DNA of 60,018 nucleotides from Bacilli bacterium (GTDB lineage Bacteria; Bacillota_I; Bacilli_A; JBKEDG01): NCBI GenBank assembly GCA_047973085.1, contig JBKEBI010000023.1, positions 1 to 60,018 of the forward strand, read 5' to 3'. Shown piece by piece: positions 56,425 to 60,018 of this stretch (position 1 is its first letter; each line of letters starts with the position of its first letter). The notes under the pieces were generated by a model. It saw only the letters and a program-made list of their open reading frames with translations, ran no database searches and was not told where the DNA came from. The position numbers and the translations under genes were made by a program.

Positions 56425-58260
56425 ATGAAAAAACAATTTAAAGCAGAATCAAAAAAATTACTTGATTTAATGATCCATTCAATTTATACGCACAAAGAAA
56501 TATTTTTAAGAGAATTGATTTCAAATAGTAGTGATGCAATTGATAAACTACATTTTAATTCTTTAAGTGATAGTAGCATAAAAATTTCTAAAGATGATTT
56601 AGAAATTAGCATTAGTATTGATAAAGAAAATAGAATTTTAACGATATCAGATAATGGTATTGGAATGAGTAAAGATGAACTAGAAGAAAATTTAGGTACT
56701 ATTGCAAAAAGTGGATCTCTTGATTTTAAGAAAACGGTTGAGAATAATGAAGACATTGATATTATTGGTCAATTTGGGGTAGGGTTTTACTCAGCATTTA
56801 TGGTGGCAGATAAGCTGGAAGTTATTTCAAAGCCATATAGTGGGGAAGCATATAAATGGATGAGTAGTGGAGATGATGGATACACAGTTGAAAAGTCATC
56901 TAGAAATTCAAATGGAACTACGATTAATGTATATATTCGTCAGAATACAGAAGAAGATAATTATGATGAATATCTTGAGGGGTATCGAATAAGAGAACTT
57001 ATTAAAAAATATTCTGATTATGTAAGATATCCGATTAAAATGGATGTAGAAAAAGTTGAAGATGAAAAAGCAGTTATTGAAACTGAAGTGTTAAATTCTA
57101 TGATTCCACTATGGAAAAAAAGAAAAAGTGAAATAACCGAGGAAGAGTACAATGATTTTTACAAATCACAATTTCACGATTTTACAAATCCACAAAAAAT
57201 AATTCACACTAATGCAGAAGGTACTGTTTCATTTAATGCTATAATCTATATTCCATCTTCTGTTCCAATGAATTTTTATCAACAAAACTCAACAACTAGC
57301 TTTAAGCTATACTCAAAAGGCGTATTTATTATGGATGAATACAAAGAATTAATTCCTGAATATTTTAAATTTGCTAAAGGTCTTGTAGATACAGATGATG
57401 TTAATTTAAATATTTCCAGAGAGGTTCTTCAAAATAATCATAAACTTAAGCTAATTTCAAAAAATATTGAAAATAAGATAAAAACTGAACTTGAAAAGAT
57501 GCTTAAAAATGAGCGTGATGAATATGAAAAGTTTTTTGATAATTTTGGACTTCAGCTTAAATATGGATGCTATTCTGATTTTGGAATGCATAAAGAAAAA
57601 GTTCAAGACTTATTATTATTTAAATCTTCGTTTGAAGATAAATATACAACATTGCAAGAATATGTTAGCAGAATGCATGAAGATCAAACAGACATTTACT
57701 TTGTAAGTGGAAAAGATATTGAAAAAATAAAGGTAATTCCACAGCTTGAAAAGATTCAAGATAAATATGAAGTATTATATTTTACTGATGAAATTGATGA
57801 GTTTCTAGTACAAATTATAATGTCTTATCAAGATAAGAATTTTAAATCTATTACACAAGGTGATTTAGATATTGATGAGAGTGAGAATATTGAAGAATTA
57901 AAAACTGAAAATCAAGAACTGTTAAACAATATTAAAGAAGCTCTAAATGATAATGTAGCTGAAGTAAAGTTATCAAGTAGATTAGTTTCTCATCCTGTTT
58001 GTTTAATTAGTGGAGATGGCTTATCATTTGAGATGGAAAAAGTATTAAGTGCTATGCCAAATTCAGCTGAGGTTAAAGCTACAAAAATTTTAGAAATTAA
58101 TCCAGATCATGAGATATTTAATAAATTACAAAAATTAGATAAAGATGAAATAACAAAATATTCAAAAATATTATATAATCAAGCATTGCTACTTGAAGGT
58201 CTACCGTTAGAAGATCCAGTGGAATTCTCAATTTTATTAAGTGAGTTAATGAGTAAATAA
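56425..58260 (+). CDS. htpG: Molecular chaperone HtpG (Hsp90)
   Basis: ELISNSSDAIDK, GQFGVGFYSAFMVA. 611 aa. Confidence 0.95.
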   Translation: MKKQFKAESKKLLDLMIHSIYTHKEIFLRELISNSSDAIDKLHFNSLSDSSIKISKDDLEISISIDKENRILTISDNGIGMSKDELEENLGTIAKSGSLDFKKTVENNEDIDIIGQFGVGFYSAFMVADKLEVISKPYSGEAYKWMSSGDDGYTVEKSSRNSNGTTINVYIRQNTEEDNYDEYLEGYRIRELIKKYSDYVRYPIKMDVEKVEDEKAVIETEVLNSMIPLWKKRKSEITEEEYNDFYKSQFHDFTNPQKIIHTNAEGTVSFNAIIYIPSSVPMNFYQQNSTTSFKLYSKGVFIMDEYKELIPEYFKFAKGLVDTDDVNLNISREVLQNNHKLKLISKNIENKIKTELEKMLKNERDEYEKFFDNFGLQLKYGCYSDFGMHKEKVQDLLLFKSSFEDKYTTLQEYVSRMHEDQTDIYFVSGKDIEKIKVIPQLEKIQDKYEVLYFTDEIDEFLVQIIMSYQDKNFKSITQGDLDIDESENIEELKTENQELLNNIKEALNDNVAEVKLSSRLVSHPVCLISGDGLSFEMEKVLSAMPNSAEVKATKILEINPDHEIFNKLQKLDKDEITKYSKILYNQALLLEGLPLEDPVEFSILLSELMSK

Positions 58261-58352
58261 ATAAGTATAGTGTATTGGTGTTTACAGTTATATGTAGCAT
58301 TGTAAATGATGTGAGACCAAAAAGTCTAAAAAAATTAAAATAACGTGATATA

Positions 58353-58530
58353 TTATGATTGAAGTGGGTTGTGCAAGTTAGCAAACTGATCTTCAATCAT
58401 TTTTCTTGCTTCATTTGGACTAAGCCAGTCTAGTAAGCGAATTGGGATATTATTACTTCTTTTTATAAGTTGTATTTTGAAATAGAACTCCTTGTTTTCT
58501 AAGGAATCTAAAAAGAGAAGAAGGATGTCT
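58353..58530 (-). pseudogene. Remaining 3' fragment of the interrupted transposase remnant
   Basis: Across the GTC duplication one frame reads HPSSLFRFLRKQGVLFQNTTYKKK*. A second frame ends ...IPIRLLDWLSPNEARKMIEDQFANLHNPLQS*. The catalytic core is absent. Confidence 0.45.
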
Positions 58531-58610
58531 GATATAATCCCCATAAAGTAGACAGTTAATAAAAAGAGTGATACTCTATAATTAACTAAAAACTTTAAGG
58601 GGGTTTTTAT

Positions 58611-58976
58611 ATGGCTAGAAAAGGACAAAAATTTAAAACATATTCACCAGAGTTAAAAAGAATAGTTGTAATGGAAAGATTGAAAGGTGTTTCACTATCT
58701 ATTCTATGTGATAAATTCGATATATCATCTGATGGAATGATAGTTAGATGGGTTAATGATTATAAAATGTTAGGTGATGAAGCATTTGTTGATAAAAGGC
58801 ATTATACAAAAGAACAAATACCTACTAAGGGTCGACCAAAAACAAAATTTGATTCTCCTGAAGAAGAGAATAAGGCACTTAGATTGGAGAATGAATATTT
58901 AAAAAAGCAAGAGGCACTCAAAAGGGGGTGCAGTGTAGAAGAATTAAATTTATGGTCATCAAAGAATCTAAAGTGA
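58611..58976 (+). CDS. IS3-family transposase OrfA
   Basis: HTH N-terminus and LRLENEYLKK zipper. Confidence 0.8.
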   Translation: MARKGQKFKTYSPELKRIVVMERLKGVSLSILCDKFDISSDGMIVRWVNDYKMLGDEAFVDKRHYTKEQIPTKGRPKTKFDSPEEENKALRLENEYLKKQEALKRGCSVEELNLWSSKNLK

Positions 58977-59734
58977 ATATATCTATAACTAGAAAATGTG
59001 AAGTTCTAAATGTTAATAAATCATCATACTATAAGTGGCTAAATTCTGATAATACATATGATGATACTATAGACAAATTAGTTATTGAAATATTTAATAA
59101 ACACAAAGGTACTTATGGTAAAAAAAGGATAGTAATTTCACTTAAAAACATGGGATATGTAGTAAATCATAAGAAAGTATATCGGATAATGAAAAAACAT
59201 GGCTTAAAAGCAAGAATTAGAAGAAAATGGAGAGTTGGAAAATATATCAAACATAATACTTATGATAATGTATTAGATAGAGATTTTAAAGCAACAATTC
59301 CAAATGAAAAATACACGAGTGATGTTACTCAGTTAAAAACTATAGGTAATAAAAAATACTACCTATATCCAATAGTAGATTTGTATAATAATGAAATTAA
59401 AGCATATAGTTGTACATAGTAGTAATGATAATTACTTAGTTAAATCATACACAGTGATCAAGGAGCACAATTTACATCATACATGTATACAGAACATTTA
59501 GCACAATATCCAAACTTACAAATATCAATGTCACATGTAGGAGAGTGCTATGACAATGCTCAAATGGAAAACATTTTTGGTCATATCAAAGACGACTTCT
59601 ATATATTTTATAACCCACAAACTGAAGATGAATTATACTCAAATATGAGAGATTATATAAATTACTACAATAATGAGCGCATACAAACAAAACTAAAAAT
59701 GAGCCCTACTCAATATAGGACTCATCATACTTAA
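58928..59734 (+). pseudogene. IS3-family transposase OrfB, disrupted (stop and short internal deletion between 59419 and 59483)
   Basis: The N-terminal part ends ...YNNEIKAYSCT*. The frame resumes with SDQGAQFTS-like/ECYDNAQMENIF DDE motifs. The region between the first and second catalytic Asp is missing. Confidence 0.75.
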
Positions 59735-59777
59735 TATTCTTTTTTATTTTGCTGTCTACTTGACAGGGATACATTCA

Positions 59778-60018
59778 GTCTAGTATATGCATAGTTTTGT
59801 TTTAATTTACCATATAGTTCATTTAAACCTATATTAGGATTTCTACGTATCAAGTTATTAATGTTATTAATTTCATCTTCAGTATGAGCATTAGGATGTG
59901 GTGTAAGAGGTCTTTTAGATTTGTCCACTAGAGAATCTATAGTGCCGTCAAATACTTTATTCCAGCGCATAAGAGATGCTTTAGATATTTTATATTTTCT
60001 ACAAACATCATTTACTGA
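59778..60018 (-). pseudogene. N-terminal HTH part of another transposase (IS481-like), split by the IS3 insertion; runs off the window
   Basis: ...RWNKVFDGTIDSLVDKSKRPLTPHPNAHTEDEINNINNLIRRNPNIGLNELYGKLKQNYAYTR, then the IS3 end. Continuation is found at 58353-58530. Confidence 0.55.

Larger units (their letters stand above)
58531..59777 (+). mobile_element. Decayed IS3-family insertion sequence, different from the one at 16.8 kb, flanked by a 3-bp GTC duplication
   Basis: Inverted repeats TGATATAATCCCCATAAAGTAGACAG... (58531-) and reverse complement TGAATGTATCCCTGTCAAGTAGACAG... (-59777). GTC at 58528-30 and 59778-80. Slippery A AAA AAG at 58901-58907. Confidence 0.8.

Noticed and set aside
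58118-58396. 92-aa minus-strand ORF overlapping the htpG 3' end
   Set aside because: It is antisense to the htpG C-terminus and runs into the transposase remnant. It is most likely a chance ORF in AT-rich sequence.

Overview
AT-rich (roughly 70% A+T by eye) chromosomal segment of a low-GC anaerobic Bacillota (Firmicutes). TGA is a normal stop here: it ends apbE, the NusG-II gene, yhbY, nadD-yqeK and comEC. The backbone is a conserved housekeeping block: opuA-like betaine transporter, apbE module, yqeG-yqeH-yhbY-nadD/yqeK-rsfS-comEA-comEC-holA, rpsT, lepA-hemW. After it come a two-component system with two surface proteins, small-metabolism genes, thiolase and an Hnd/HydABC-type [FeFe]-hydrogenase operon. 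Next are an opp-type peptide ABC transporter, pepF, the hydEGF maturases, a SatD-like/DUF3307 pair, feoAB, an iron-siderophore ABC transporter and htpG. The accessory content is an island of about 5.7 kb between holA and rpsT, holding an Rhs/YD-repeat polymorphic toxin, an out-of-frame toxin module, an immunity-like ORF and an intact IS3-family element. The 3' end of the window has a second, decayed IS3 element nested in another transposase remnant. The most interesting observations are: (1) the Rhs ORF ends on a formal X XXY YYZ -1 slippery heptamer, with a start-less toxin module in the -1 frame coupled to an immunity-like gene; (2) an AhpD/CMD-family gene has an in-frame TGA exactly at the second Cys of its CxxC motif, followed by a SECIS-like hairpin (candidate selenoprotein); (3) a cyclase-fold/HTH (SatD-like) plus DUF3307 membrane pair lies behind three 18-bp inverted repeats spaced exactly 29 bp apart; (4) clean in-frame nonsense codons interrupt opuAA (TAG) and a tetR gene (TAA). 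I found no CRISPR array, rRNA, tRNA or recognisable dedicated phage-defence system.
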